Numbered from the stretch's first letter, positions 25,730-40,960 are shown. The stretch: 64,000 nt of DNA from Octopus sinensis (GCF_006345805.1 NC_043006.1:96782001-96846000), one strand, 5' to 3'. The notes: generated by a model from the letters alone, not told the origin. Numbers and translations: made by a program.

Positions 25730-26090
25730 ACAATACCGAAGTATGTGTGAATTAGAAGACACCTCAACCAAATCTAGTGCAATACTATATACGTACGATA
25801 TTTAGCAACATTCAAAAGGATACTTCAACCATACTCCTTCTTTCAGAAATATAGAAAAACGAAATACCAAGAAACTTAGTAATTATGCTGGAAGTTTGAA
25901 AGAACAGTAATGATTTCAACATTAAATAAAAAAGAAATTCTCGCGAGATGGAGTTTCCTTAAAGATATGACAATATCTTGTAGTTTATGTCTATCTGAGA
26001 AGAGCACCATACTCGTAAATCTTAAAATATCAATAAAGTTACAAACGAAAAAATGTCAGATAAGAGAATTTCACTAAATATCAACATTTC
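25730..26090 (+). mobile_element. Highly decayed GIY-YIG endonuclease remnant of a Penelope-like element
   Basis: Peptide traces NHTPSFRNIEKRNTKKLSNYAGSLKEQ and CSLCLSEKSTIL, resembling PLE endonuclease C-termini. Confidence 0.5.
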
Positions 26091-26902
26091 GAAAAGCACC
26101 ATCTGTTGTATAATTAATCAATTGAATGGATTAATACATTTACATGGAAGATTCACACATTATATTCTTCTTCAGCTTTGAAGTTTTAATAGAATAATAT
26201 ATCAAAAAAAATTTATTAAAATAAATTCAATATTTTCTATTTCTGTATCTCTTAGCGTTGCTTTACATATAGTAAAATCGATCAATATGTAACTATTCAC
26301 CTGAAACATCAGAAACTCTCCAATTTCCTGTTTATTTTTAATTCACTAACAAACATGCCTCAGCTCATATTTTATCAATCCTTCCTACCTTTATATTTTC
26401 ATTTACATATTATGCTATTATATTTTGAAAATATTCCTAATTAAACACTTAGGAAATGTTTTAAAGCCATCACATTTTCTTATTTCAAACTATTATAGGG
26501 AAATAACTTACCCCTGGCTATATATATATACGTAAATGGTTACATATAGCCTTAGAAACATTTTGCGCAAAACGTAATACAAAACATTCAACATGCTTAA
26601 CAATCCATATACAACAGAAATGTCTAGAAATTAGGTGAGTTCATATTCTGATGACTGTTTGGCATAAACTGGACATTAAATTTTTATAGCATTATATATG
26701 TCTATCAACTGTTATATGTATTGTGTACTATAACACAAACTTTATAACAAACACATACATATACGTAGTAAATGCGAAGCAGATGTTTCAGGAATATAGG
26801 GATATGTAATAGATCATTGCTTTATAGCTCCACACTCAACGAATAAACGAAGACTGTTCCCTGCATGCATTTCTACTATCTATTTCACTATTCCCTTCAA
26901 GG

Positions 26903-26983
<81 letters not shown>

Positions 26984-27368
26984 GAGGGAGAGAGAAATAA
27001 TCCGCATATATTATAACTATGTCTGCCATGATTATATGGCGATAGGATTCTTTTACAAGCCAAAGTATTCCATCTTTACATACGTTGTGAATACTTCACC
27101 ACATGATGCCATGCTTAAGAAAAGAACAGAGAAAGGGAAAGAGAGCGTGTGAGTGAGAGAGAGGGGGAAAGAGACAGTAAATGGAGGCCAGGTGTTACAA
27201 TTATAGAGCTAATTGCTAATTGTGTACCTTATTAATTACTCGGCAATATGAAGCATTCTTGTGCGCTTACGTAATTGATACTTTATCGATAGCAAGGTAT
27301 AAACATACATAACTATATATATATATATATATATATAAAGACAGACAAACAGCTAGACAGAGACAGAC

Positions 27369-27405
<37 letters not shown>

Positions 27406-27447
27406 TCTTTCTCTGGGTAAGATTGCTTAATTCTAGATTTCTTAAAG

Positions 27448-27448
27448 G

Positions 27449-27516
<68 letters not shown>

Positions 27517-27522
27517 CATTAT
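27448..27522. repeat. (TAT)n microsatellite
   Basis: Direct reading. Confidence 0.95.
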
Positions 27523-28203
27523 TAATTCGTTTTGGGATTTGGCTTGCAAGATTCTTTATGTGAGTTCGTGTGTTGAAGCATATTCTGCTGTGTCTGGGGA
27601 GAGTCATTCTCTTTTGGTGTCTTATAATTTAACACACTCACCGGTAAAATTTCCACTTATATTTCTAAAATGTTCGTTGCCTCTTTGCAAACTTTTCGAT
27701 AATTTTCACTCTGTCCGTTACTCACATTGTGTTCCTTTTTGTTTGTATGTGCGCATATGTGTGGATCAGTGTGTGTGTGTGCGTGTGTGTGTGTGTGTGC
27801 GTGTGCGTGTGTGTGCCTGTGCCTATACATGCATGGGTGTATGTATGTATGTAGGTATGTATGTGTGTATGCATGTATGTGTGCGTGCATATGTATCTAA
27901 TTATGTGTGTACATTTGTATGTATGTTTTCTGCATATTCATGTGTTTGCATGTCCATATTTGTGTGTTTTTATGTATGTACATGTGTGTGCTTGTATATG
28001 TGTCTGTACATCTGTCTCCTTGTGTGTGCATGCCTGAGTGTGTGCGTGTGTGTGTGGGGGTGAGCGTGTGTGTTTTGCAACTATGTACCGTGTTTGTATG
28101 TATGGATTTGCAGCTTCATAAGTGTGGACGTGTGTCTCTATATGTGTCCTTGTGTGAAGTGTGTTCCTATATATGGTCATGTGTTTATTATTATTTATAC
28201 TAC

Positions 28204-28243
<40 letters not shown>

Positions 28244-28263
28244 GTTGTTATTGTTGTTGTTGC

Positions 28264-28303
<40 letters not shown>

Positions 28304-28306
28304 ATT

Positions 28307-28520
28307 AGGTGGCGGGCTGGCAGAATCGTTACCACACTGGACAAAATGCTTGACGGTACTTCGCCTTCACGTACTGAGTTCAAATTTTACCGAGGTCGAC
28401 CTTGTCTTTCATCCGTTCGGGGTCGATAAATTAAGGACCAGTTGCGCACTGGGGTCGATCTAAATGACTGGCCCCCATTCTTCACATATATTAGGCCTTG
28501 TGTCTATAGTGGAAAGGATT
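28307..28520 (+). mobile_element. Family B SINE monomer (B1 tail)
   Basis: aggtggcgggctggcagaatcgtt..ctgagttcaaatt..ggggtcgataaattaa..aggccttgtgtctatagtggaaaggatt. Confidence 0.85.
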
Positions 28521-28554
28521 ATTATTATTATAATCTTTATTCATTATTGTTATT

Positions 28555-28759
28555 GAGAGAGCAGCACACGCCATCAGAGTCATCCCCTAAGAGACATACT
28601 CCACTGATTAAAGTCAAGCAACTGAAAAGCAAATCTGTGTTACTGAGCAGAATATTTACATTAGCCCATCTTTTATACCAAGACAAAAAATGCACACGTT
28701 AACACTTCCAGTCACTTGAAATCAGAGTCCATGAAAACTACATGGTATGCCATGAGGGC

Positions 28760-28760
<1 letters not shown>
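28555..28760 (-). mobile_element. Internally deleted family D element
   Basis: Keeps the 3' terminus (gagagagcagcac..) joined to the ctaag.gaca..ctga..agcaaatctgtg block and a 5' portion; TAT flanks. Confidence 0.7.
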
Positions 28761-28796
<36 letters not shown>

Positions 28797-29219
28797 GAGT
28801 GAGAGAGCAGTGCATGCCATCAAAGTGACACTGGGGTAAAATAAACAAAGCCCAATATACCCATCATGACTACCCGTCTGATAAAGGTACACCAGGCACA
28901 TGCATCACAACCATATGTGCGCGACATGGTGATCTCATATCAAGATAAACAGCACATGACCTTGCAGGTGGGGCCCAGTTAGAATTTTCTTCAGGTTGAG
29001 TAGCCCATCCCGCTCAAAAGGTCCCTAAATAAGGGTTGTTTAAGGATGTTGAAAGAACCACCCATGTTTCCAGAGGTGAATTATTCAAACTCCATAGAAT
29101 CCCTCTCAACACATGGCTATGATGCTCCCCCACTACTTCTGCTCATGATCAGAGATGCACATATCGTCAGCCACTAAGGGACATGCTCAACTGGTTATGG
29201 TCAAACAACTGACAAGCGA
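28797..29219 (-). mobile_element. Family D element, well preserved, 5'-truncated
   Basis: Near-identical to 3409-3830; (TAT)n on both sides. Confidence 0.88.
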
Positions 29220-29314
29220 ATTATTATTATTATTATTATATTATTATATTACAACATATGTATTATTTAATTATTATATAGAATTATTATTATTATTATT
29301 ATTGATTATTATTA

Positions 29315-29351
<37 letters not shown>

Positions 29352-29389
29352 TTATATTATTATTATCATTATTATTATTATTATTATCA

Positions 29390-29447
<58 letters not shown>
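29220..29447. repeat. Compound (TAT)n array
   Basis: Direct reading. Confidence 0.95.
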
Positions 29448-29448
<1 letters not shown>

Positions 29449-31472
29449 TATGTTTGACTTTTTGCTTTATATTTGTACAAGTTGGCTCCAAGTCTCACCC
29501 GAGACCTCAAGAGACAAAGGTTGGAAGTTCGTATTGTGTAATGCATAGTGGCCATATATTTGGTTTTGTATTTAGTGTTGTACTAGTGAATGCCTAAAAA
29601 AACATAAAAGTTATGTTTGTTTTAAAAACTTGAGATTACATAGAAAGTATTTTGCGTAGGATATGAGCAGTTCCCATGAGCACTATCATTTGAATTTCTG
29701 CCATTTTGGGGTTTCCTAGTATCTGAGTTAGGTAGTAATCAGTCCCTTTTGCTATCATTCCCTATGACAACAGGTATTGTTTTAGTCTTCAGCTTCCACA
29801 TTTTGCTGATTTCTATTTCCAGATCTTTATATTTGCTCAGTTTTTGGTAGGTCTTGACAGATACGTTTATATCGATTGAGGGCAGTCATATTAATGAGGA
29901 GCCATGTTCTTTGTCTAAAGTCTTTCAATATGATGTCTGGCCTATTTGCTTCTATCTTTCTGTCAGTTTGAATGGCGAAGTTCCAGAGGAGTGAGATGTT
30001 GTCATTTTCAAGCACTGGAGGAGGTTTGTGTTCCCACCAGTTTTGTTCATGGGGCAAATCCAGGTTTTTGCAGATTACCCAGTGAATATATTGTGCAGCT
30101 CTATCATACCTGTTGAGATACTCTGTAGGCGCTAGAAGACTGCACTTGGAGACAACATGATCAATGGTTTCATTTTGTTGTTGACATACGCGACATGTTA
30201 GGCTACTGCCGTTCTTTAATATGTTGGCCTGGTAGTTCCTTGTTGGTAGGCATTGATCTTGAGCTGCTATAATAAACCCTTCTGTTTCAGATTTTAAGCC
30301 AGATGTCATTAACCATTGATGGGTCAGGGCTTTGTCAACATCTGCACTACTCGCTCTCTTTGGGTATTTGCCATAGAGAGGTTTTTCTTGCCATTTATCA
30401 TTCAGAATATCTAAGGCAGCAGTTTTAGCACGGGTTTTCATGCGCTTAGCTTTTTCTGTGCTTGTTTCTTGTATGTCTAATTCCGAAATTTGTTGTATTC
30501 GGAATTCACTTAGATATTCCTTTGCCTGTTTTGTTACTGAGTATGATGCTTTCTTGTTTTCATGTTTTGAGACAAATTTTAACATCCAATCCTTAGAGTT
30601 TTTCAGGTAGGTGTCTAGGCTAATTGTAGCAATCTTCATTGTTATTGCCAGTTGTAAAAGTCCACGGCCTCCCTCTTTTCTTGGCAGATAAAGTCGTTCT
30701 ATATCTGCCTTAGGGTGGTGCATTCTATGGATTGTCAACAGTTTTCGTATTTGTCTGTGAAAATTACATATTTCAGTAATTAACCAGTTAACGATATTGA
30801 AACTAAGTCACGACTGGTATGGCTAAAGCATTGATCGCTTCGATCCCGTTTCTCGCATTTAGCTCTGTCTTGAGTATTGCACTCACTCTGCGAAAACATT
30901 CTCTCCTGATCCTTTCCTTCATCTCTGAATGCCTTATTCTGTCCTCTTCAATTACCCCTAGGTACTTGTAGCTCTCCGCTGGGTCTAATTCTTTTACGAC
31001 ATTCTGCTGGTCAAGGTTAACGTTAGATGTTTCTGTCATTTTTCCATTCTGATGTCATTACTGAATTGTTTGACAATCGTTAGTAAGCCCTTGAGTTGTT
31101 GGTCATTTTTTGCAAACAGCTTTAAATCATCCATGTAAATGAGATGATTTATATTTTTATCAAACATTTTATATCCGTACAGCGCGTCATTGAGCAATTT
31201 TGAGAGAGGTATTAAAGCTAAATAAAAGAGGAGTGGTGATAGTGAGTCACCCTCGAAAATGCCACATGAAATGTTTAAATCACCAGCATTTAGAGGTTCA
31301 TTGTCACTGTTCAAAGTTAGTGTGGTTCTCCATGATCTCATACTTACAGAAAAAAAGTTTCGCAGAGTAGGCGCTATTTTGTACATCTCTAGGCATTTCT
31401 TTATCCAGCTATGTTGTAGGCCATCAAAAGCCTTTTTATAGTCTATCCAGGCTATTTACAGGTTTTTGTGTC

Positions 31473-31473
<1 letters not shown>
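29448..31473 (-). mobile_element. 5'-truncated R4/Dong-clade LINE with long open frames
   Basis: IAWIDYKKAFD, GIFEGDSLSPLLFY, HLIYMDDLKLF (31036-31386); 303-aa ORF with GGRGLLQL, ETEGFIIAAQDQ, CRVCQQQNETIDHVVSKC, RPDIILKD; frameshifted end GTAHILRKILSM* near 29636; ~190-nt 3'UTR; (TAA)n at both ends. Confidence 0.93.
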
Positions 31474-31529
<56 letters not shown>

Positions 31530-31548
31530 ATTATTATTATTATTATTA

Positions 31549-31584
<36 letters not shown>

Positions 31585-31731
31585 CATTATCTTCATCATC
31601 ATCATCATTATTATCGTGATAATATATACATTTTCTGCGGTTACTGCCCATATCATGTCTTCTCTCTATCCCACATTTTCGCACAGTTCAATGTAGCACT
31701 TTCGCTACCCGGTAGTGTTGCCACAATTATT

Positions 31732-31813
<82 letters not shown>

Positions 31814-32027
31814 ATATCATTATTATATTATTATTATTATATTATTATTATTATTATATTATTATTATCATTATCATTATTATTATATCATATTATTATA
31901 TATTATTATTATTATTATATTATTATTATTATTATTATCATCATTTTATTATTTTTTTTTATTATTATTATATTATTATTATTGTTATTATTATTATTAT
32001 AATTATTATTATTATTATTATCATTAT
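31474..32027. repeat. Compound (TAT)n/(CAT)n array
   Basis: Direct reading. Confidence 0.95.
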
Positions 32028-32477
32028 TTGTTTGACTTTTGCTTTTTTTTTTGTACAAGTTGGCTCTAAGTCTCACCCAGAGACCTCAAATGACAACAAT
32101 TTGTAATTCCATGCTGTGGTTATGCCTAGGGTGTCATATATTTGGTTTTGCACATAGTATTTTTCAAGAGAATGTTTAAGAAAAGGAAGAAAATTATAAA
32201 CTTCTTTTAAACTTTGAGATTAGATAGATAGTATTTTACGCAGTTGCCATGAGAACTATCTTTTGAATTTCTGCCATTTTGGGGTTTCCTGCTATCTGAG
32301 CTACGTAGCAATCACTCCTTTTGCAATCATTCCTAGGGCACTTATGACAACAGGTATTGTTTTAGTGTTGAGGTTCCACATTTTGCCAATTTCTATTTAA
32401 AGATCTTTATACATGATCAGTATTTTGATAGGTCTTGACAGATACATTTATGTCAATTGGGACAATCATGAGGAGGC
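32028..32477 (-). mobile_element. 3' fragment of the same Dong family as 29448-31473
   Basis: tttgactttt..ttgtacaagttggctc.aagtctcaccc.gagacctcaa matches 29452-29510 and stays collinear to gaggag.catg. Confidence 0.85.
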
Positions 32478-32586
32478 ATGATTCTGAGGAAAGCAAAAGC
32501 TAGGTAAGTATTCAAAAGCCACCAACAAAAGGTTAACCATTTGTTATTCATGGATGACCTCAAACTTTATGGTAAAGATGAAGCCA
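32478..32586 (+). mobile_element. Short inverted R4/Dong RT fragment
   Basis: Plus frame MILRKAKAR*VFKSHQQKVNHLLFMDDLKLYGKDEA. Confidence 0.8.
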
Positions 32587-32629
32587 CGATCATCAGGCAA
32601 AGTTTCTACAACAGCTAGCATAACCATCA

Positions 32630-32960
32630 ATGACAGGGCCACCAACACTGCCAACACCACGACCACCACCATCACCACCACAACAGCAACCACGACCACC
32701 TTGTCCACCATCACCACCGCGAAAGCCCACCTCCATCACCACCACGAGTATCACCACAACCACTACAACTAACACCATCACCACGACCTCCATCAATACC
32801 AAAACGTCTACCACCACCACCACCACCACAACCAACATCACCACAACCACAACTTCCATCACCACGACAGTTCTCATAACCACCGCCATCACTGCCACCA
32901 CCGTTCACCTCTCCTCGAAATTCTCCACAATCACCCACACCGTCACCACCATCACTCCCA
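32630..32960. repeat. (ACC)-rich low-complexity tract
   Basis: Direct reading; explains the poly-T/P/H ORFs. Confidence 0.85.
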
Positions 32961-33471
32961 GCCTGAAACGTCGATAATATCTATAGCTGTCATATAAATG
33001 ATCCCTAAATGTCAGATGATGTTTCGTTTGAAATACTGAGCAACCGTGCCTCTCTATGTGCGTATACATGTTATTCCATAGGATATTCTTTTTACGTGTG
33101 TAGATGTATGTATATGTGAGTGGGTGTATGTGTGGGGGTGGCCCTTCTGGAAATAACTTTGAATTGATGAGGTTATGTCACAGCAGCAAGGAAAGCATCA
33201 GTTAATTTTAATACACACTTACCCATCTATCTATCTGTCAATGTATGTATGTACGTATCTATCTATCTATCTATCTATCTATATCTATCTATCTATCAAT
33301 ATATATATATTTATTTATTTATTTATTTATATATATATATGTCTGTAGATGCGTGTGTATATATATATATCTGTATATGTATGCATATACATACATATAT
33401 ATATATCTCCATCCAGCTGTTTACCTATCTTCCAATATATATGTGGGTTTCTAAGTACGTCTGTATATATG

Positions 33472-33525
<54 letters not shown>

Positions 33526-34024
33526 CACACCATTCATCCATCCATCTTTCCTTCCATCCATGCATTCATACATACATACATACATACATGGATATATGGA
33601 TATATTTACGTATATATACATACATGTGCGCATACGCATATGGTATGTGTGTGTGTTTGTGTGTGTTTGCTTGTCCGTCCATGGGAGATAAGCAATAGCA
33701 TAAAATATTCTTGAAAAACTGAATACCAAAAGGGAGGGATGTTTATTTATGAATGGAATTTCTAAAAATATATGTCATAGATATCATGTGATTATAATAC
33801 ATGAATTTGAAAACGAATTATTTCTATAGGTTGAAGTTATGAGATGAAATAGTTATACTTCTGTATATGTAGAAAGTTTGGATTGGATTAGAAAGCCTGT
33901 TGTCTCGACTAGCCATGATCCAATGTGGAGGCCGTGAATTTGAGCTTCAGGTTATATTGGTTTGATGAGCCTACATTGCTACACTAGGCCAACATGGTTT
34001 GACAGAATGGTGCAGCCTTTATAC

Positions 34025-34388
34025 TTGTACCCAGGAGTAGTTAAGTCGATCACATCGACCCCAATGCTTACCTGCTACTTATTTTATCGATCCCAATATG
34101 ACGAAAGGCTAAGTCGACCTCGGTGAAATTTGAACTCAGAACTTAAAGACAGACGAAATACCTATTTCTTTACTACCCACAAGGGGCTAAACACAGAGAG
34201 GACAAACAAGGACAGACAAACGGATTAAGTCGATTATATCAAACCCAGTGCGTAACTGGTACTTCTTTAATAGACCCCGAAAAGGATGAAAGGCAAAGTC
34301 GACCTCGGCGGAATTTGAACTCAGAACGTAGCAGAAGACGGAATACCGCAAAGCATTTCGCCTGGCGTGCTAACGTTTCTGCCGCTTT
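34025..34388 (-). mobile_element. Dimeric family B SINE
   Basis: Junction agacgaaatac|ctatttctttactacccacaagggg at about 34161. Confidence 0.85.
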
Positions 34389-34849
34389 AGACTGGATAAA
34401 TAATGCAACGAAACACACACACATACATTATATGCATATATATTTGGATGTGTGAGTTTGCGAGTGAGATGAGAATATGTATTCATGTGTCATGCCTACA
34501 GGCATCGCTGATCATAGATCCATACCTCAAACTATAAACATGTACGATTTTCTTAATCATGTTTTCTCTTTACTTTTGTCAATATATTTATGTTTCGCTG
34601 AGCTTAACTTTCAGGTGCATGGCTTATATAATTCTTGGCCAGAGAGAATGGTTTACCTAACATCAGTGTAGATCTTTACACTGCTGGCCTGTGTGACGCA
34701 TGCCTAGGAGCCAGCTAACCCTCGTGTTCCGCAGGTCTTGGCTACAGATTCTTCTGTAATTCGCCATAGCAGAAGAGCCTTGACGGATGCTCCAATCCCA
34801 AACTTGAGCAAAAATGAGAATTTGCTTGAAAATAATCTTTTATTCTGCC

Positions 34850-34884
<35 letters not shown>

Positions 34885-34887
<3 letters not shown>

Positions 34888-35128
34888 CTTTTATTCTTTT
34901 ACTCGATTTACTCATTTGATTGCAAACATGCTGGAGCACCGCCTTTTAGTCGAGGAAATCGACCCCAAGACTTATTCTTTCAAAGCCCGGTACGTATTCT
35001 AGCGGTCTCTTTGGTCGGCCTGAGTCTATAGTAGAAAATACTTGCCCAAGGTGCCATGCAGCGGGACTGAACCTTGAACCATGTGGTTGGGAAGCTAGCT
35101 TCTTATCACACAGCCACGTCTGTGCCTC
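34885..35128 (-). mobile_element. SINE family A, internally deleted
   Basis: Tail block joined at ctcttt|ggtcggcc to the head block; microsatellite-bearing middle absent. Confidence 0.8.
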
Positions 35129-35134
35129 CATACA

Positions 35135-35740
<606 letters not shown>

Positions 35741-36775
35741 GATTATAATTCACTGTTTCGTCGAATCTATTGCTTGATCTACCGAACTGATCAGTACAAT
35801 AAAATTGTGGGTCCTGTTTTCCCGTTTATGAATTATATATAATCATGTTTATCTATCTATCTATATATATATATATATATATATGTGTGTATATGTATAT
35901 GTGTGTGTCTGCACGTGCGGATGTTTGTATGTTGGCGTGTGTATATACACATACACTAGCAGAGTGGATAAGCTTTTTTTTTCTTGTATTCTTGTTTTTA
36001 ATTATGATATACAAGTGAGTTCGACCTCATCTCATTAACAGTCTGAAACCAACGTGCTCCCAGAGTTTCTTAGGCTTTTTTTATTGTCAGGTAACGAGGT
36101 TGAGCATGCGTGCTTAAACCATATTTTCAAGTTGTGGTGGAAGAACAGTCCGTACATTCACCAGAAGCTACTTCTACAATCTATAGATATATTCTGATTT
36201 TGCAGCAACTAGACAGCTGGACATGACGTGGTAACATTGTATTCATTGTAAAGTATACAAGTGATGTTTGTCTCTTGTTTTCAAATGTTATGTTGATAAC
36301 GTTTTCTTTTTTTAGGTGGATTGTCATCAATCTTATTCATCTTAAGTCAGTCCAAAATGCTTCTGTCTTTAACCAAGAGCTTTTGAGCCTTTGTTTGCTT
36401 TCACAAAAGCTCATTTTGTCTCTGTCCAGTTTTAATTGATAGTAGCCAAGCAGAATTTTCTTGTTCATATTTCTCCTGTAATAGAGATCGACTAATTTTA
36501 TCATTTTTTTACTTTCAAATGTATTTATTTTTTGGTTTGCATTTTTAGTATTGTCTAAAATCTTCCTTCAGTACAGATAGCTTCTAACTTGTCTGATATC
36601 GTATCTTTATATGGAAAGATATTGGTTTGATATTGGTTTTTGCTTTCTTCTGTGAAACTTCTCTTAAATCTATTGACGATGCATTATATTAATTCTCATT
36701 TGGCATCATCTCATATTATATGTGTATGTATGTGTGTGTATGTATGTGTATGTGTGTATATGTGTGTATATGTTT

Positions 36776-36806
<31 letters not shown>

Positions 36807-36832
36807 CTGTATATGTGTGTATATGTTTAAAC

Positions 36833-36877
<45 letters not shown>

Positions 36878-36959
36878 CCACATATGTTTGTATGCGTGTA
36901 TATATATGTATGTTGTATTATATATGCATATATATATATATATGTGTATATATATATGC

Positions 36960-36991
<32 letters not shown>

Positions 36992-37032
36992 GTCTGTGTG
37001 TATGTATATTCTTTATTGTTTTCTTTAATTAT

Positions 37033-37490
37033 TTTATTTGTTTCAGTCATTTGACTGCGACCGTGCTGCAGCCCAAACTTTAGTCGAACAAATCGACCAG
37101 AGGACCCATTCTTTGTAAGCATAGTACTTATTCTATCGGTCTCTTTGCCGAACCGCTAAGTTGTGGGGACATAAACACACAAACATCTTTTGTCAAGCGA
37201 CGGTGGGAGGACAAAGACAGACGCACAAACATATACATACTTACATATGTATATATATATGCGTGTGTGTGTATGTGTGTGTGTGTGTGTGTGCGCGCGT
37301 GTGCGTGTGTATGTGTGTGTATGCACGACAGGTTTCTTTCAGTTTCCGTCTACCAAATCCACTCACAAGGTTCTGGTCAACCCTAGGCTATAGTAGAAGA
37401 CAATTGCCCAAATTGCCACGCAGTGAAACTGAACTCAGACTCATGTCGCCGAGAAGCGAGTTTCTTACCAAAACAGCCATGCCGGAGCCT
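37033..37490 (-). mobile_element. SINE family A, diverged full length
   Basis: Collinear with other family A copies; expanded internal (TG)n. Confidence 0.8.
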
Positions 37491-37528
<38 letters not shown>

Positions 37529-37999
37529 TGTGTGTGTGTGTTTGTGTGTTGTAGTGTATGTGTGGTGTGTGTGTGTGTGTGTGTGTTGTGTGTGTGTGTG
37601 TATTTATATAGTTATATATATATATATATTTATATAGTTATACAGTTATACATACATATAGGCACACATACTTACATACGTACATTCATGCATACACGCA
37701 TGCACATATATTCTTTCAGATGTTCTGTACTAAATTCAGTCAGCATTTTCCCCCTGTCTAGATTCTATACTTGATGTCGCTGCAAATTACGGCTAATGAG
37801 AAACGTGTAACGTTCAATGACCTCACCGTGGCAGCGAAGGACAGATCTCATGGATTTGTTACCGGGCCTCCCCGAGTGATGGGATAAAGACGGGACGTTA
37901 CTCTCATATTGTAGACCTAACATTTATATTTGCAGTAGAAAGGACTCATCCCTGAAAGGTATCTAAGAGACAACGTGGTAGTGTTGATGCAGATGATGA

Positions 38000-38470
38000 A
38001 GGATTTGGGGTATGCGGTGGTGATGGCGGTAAGGTGCGCTTAGCAAAGGATAGTATCGGTGGTGAACTCAGTGGTTACATTAGTAGTATGCTGTTGGTGA
38101 TGGTAGTGGTGTTGTTGATGGTGGTGGTGGTGGTGGTGGATGTAATGGTATTTGTATGAAGTGGTGGTCATGTTGGGGCAAGAGGAGGACGTTTTGCTCC
38201 TGGTAGTGGCGATAGTGTTAGTGGTTGTAGGAGCAGCTGTGGTCGTAGGAATGGCAATAGCCGTATTGGTGATAGTAGTGATGGTGCGAGTCGTGGTGGT
38301 GGAGGTGGTAGTGGTGTGGTGGTGGCGGTGGTGTTGGTGGCAGTGGTAGTGGTGGATGCAGTGTGGGGGTGGTTGAAAATGACGGTGGTGGTGGTGGTGG
38401 TGGTGGTGGTGGTGTGATGGTGGTGATGGTGGTGGTGGTGGTGGTGGTGGTGGTGGTGATAGTGGCGGAT
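38000..38470. repeat. (GGT)-rich low-complexity tract
   Basis: Direct reading. Confidence 0.85.
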
Positions 38471-38689
38471 GGTTAAGAAATAGGATAAGATAATCCCTAA
38501 TAAACAAAAGATTAATAAAAGCAGCTGAAGAAGGGAACTGAAACCTGCATGAGAAAGATAGCACACTGGTCTCTCACTGAACAACATGACCCACTCACCA
38601 AATGAATCGACCTTCCTCTTTCTTTCTCTCTCTTTCTCTCTCACTCTCTTTCTATCTCTATCTCACTCTCACTCTCTCAATTTTTAACT

Positions 38690-38808
38690 ATCTATCGATA
38701 TGTCTATCCATCTATCTATCTATTTATCCGTCTATGAATCTATCTACCTGTCTATATATCTATCTATCTATCTATCTATCTATCCGTCTATCAATCTATC
38801 TATCTATC

Positions 38809-38901
<93 letters not shown>

Positions 38902-38912
38902 TTATTTATCCG

Positions 38913-38961
<49 letters not shown>

Positions 38962-38999
38962 TTATTTATTTATCCGTCTATCAGTCTATCATTCTATCG

Positions 39000-39084
<85 letters not shown>

Positions 39085-39088
39085 TTAA

Positions 39089-39136
<48 letters not shown>

Positions 39137-39260
39137 TTAATTATCTATCTATCTATCTATCTATCTATTTAACTATCTATCTATCTATCTATCTATTTAT
39201 CCGTCTATCAATCTATCATTCTATCGTCTATCTATCAATCTATCTATCTATTTAACTATC
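38690..39260. repeat. (TCTA)n array with variant units
   Basis: Direct reading. Confidence 0.95.
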
Positions 39261-39385
39261 TCACGCCACGCCTCGTATTTATCTGTGGATCACAAAATGT
39301 TTACGTACAGACATATGCATACACATGTTTCTATGCATATATAAATTCACATATAAATTACATGTATAAATATACATATGTATAG

Positions 39386-39459
<74 letters not shown>

Positions 39460-39585
39460 ATACATATCTGTGTATTTAAATATATATGGATATACACATA
39501 TATATAATGTATAATTAATATAAATAGATCTATAAATATACGTATATATATACATATATATGTATATGTCTTATTGTGATCACAC

Positions 39586-39616
<31 letters not shown>

Positions 39617-39886
39617 GTATTGTATATATATATATAATATATTATATATATATAGTTGGAATTTACAAAAAACAAAAGGCGGAGACAGGTGTGTAAACAA
39701 CAACAGGTGTATTAGTTTAACGCTCGGGAAGGTGATAAACATCTATATATATACATATATACATATATATACATACATATACATGTATAAATATATATAC
39801 ATACATATATTTTTATATATATATATATAAATATAAATATATAATATACATATACATACATTTATAATAGATATATAGATTCGTAC

Positions 39887-39928
<42 letters not shown>

Positions 39929-40015
39929 AATATATATATGCATATTATAAGTATATATAAAATATATATATACATCTATATGCATAAATATATATATACT
40001 TATAAATGCATATGA

Positions 40016-40049
<34 letters not shown>

Positions 40050-40264
40050 TATAATAAATATATACATATATATTTCTATACATACATACTTACATGTATA
40101 TGTTTGTATGTGTATGCGTGTGTGTGTGTGTGTGTATGTGTGTGTGTGTATGTGTGTGTATGTATGTGTGTATGCGTGTGTGTGTGTGTGTGTGTGTGTG
40201 TACATATCACCTCAGTTTACTCATTTGATATCAGCCATTGATGTGATGAGGTGAATCTCAGACA

Positions 40265-40960
40265 CAAGCTCTGACGGATTCCCAGAAATCCTCCTAAAGA
40301 AATGCAAAGGTGCTCCAGCTCGACCACTTCGGATTCTCTTTCATGGAGACTTCCCGAAAAGTTAAAGGAAGGCATTATACTTCCTATCTATAAGGGTGGT
40401 AACTGAGCAGACTCTAAGAATCAGGAAGAAACTAATTGCGTTCCTTGAAGACAATGACTTGCTTCCTGACACCCAGCATGACTTTCGTTCAGGAAGAAGC
40501 TGCCTTACATAGCCTTTGCAACACTATGACTGGGCGTTGAAACAATTAATGAATCGGTAAATGTAGATGTGATATATCTTGACTTTACAAAGGCCTTTGA
40601 TAAGGTTGATCATGGGATGATATGTCACAAACTACGGAGACTCAGCATGACTGCGAAAATTGGAGAGTTGTTGCATGACTTCTTAAAGGACAGAAGCGAG
40701 GCTGTTGTAACCAACGGAGACATTAATAGAAAGCAAGTGAGTACCTCGGGGAACTGTATGGGGGCCACTACTTTTCATGGTGGCTATTTCAGACTTGACA
40801 TTAATTACACAGATAGCTACAATTACTAGCCATGCCGACGACACAAAAGTAGTACAAACAGTCAAGGAACCTTCTGATGCTAATCTTCTACAGAAAGACC
40901 TAGATGCCATATATATAAATGGGCTGAGGACAACAACATGCAATTTAATGTAGGCAAATT
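40265..40960 (+). mobile_element. CR1/L2-group LINE RT fragment
   Basis: FLEDNDLLPDTQHDFRSGRSCLT, VIYLDFTKAFDKVDHG, HADDTKV, LQKDLDAIYKWAEDNNMQFN. Confidence 0.88.

Noticed and set aside
32630-32977. Pro/Thr-rich extensin- or mucin-like ORFs
   Set aside because: Degenerate (ACC)n low-complexity tract.
33960-33998. ttgatga-gcct...aggc hammerhead-like stem
   Set aside because: GAAA is replaced by caac and there is no stem I/III.
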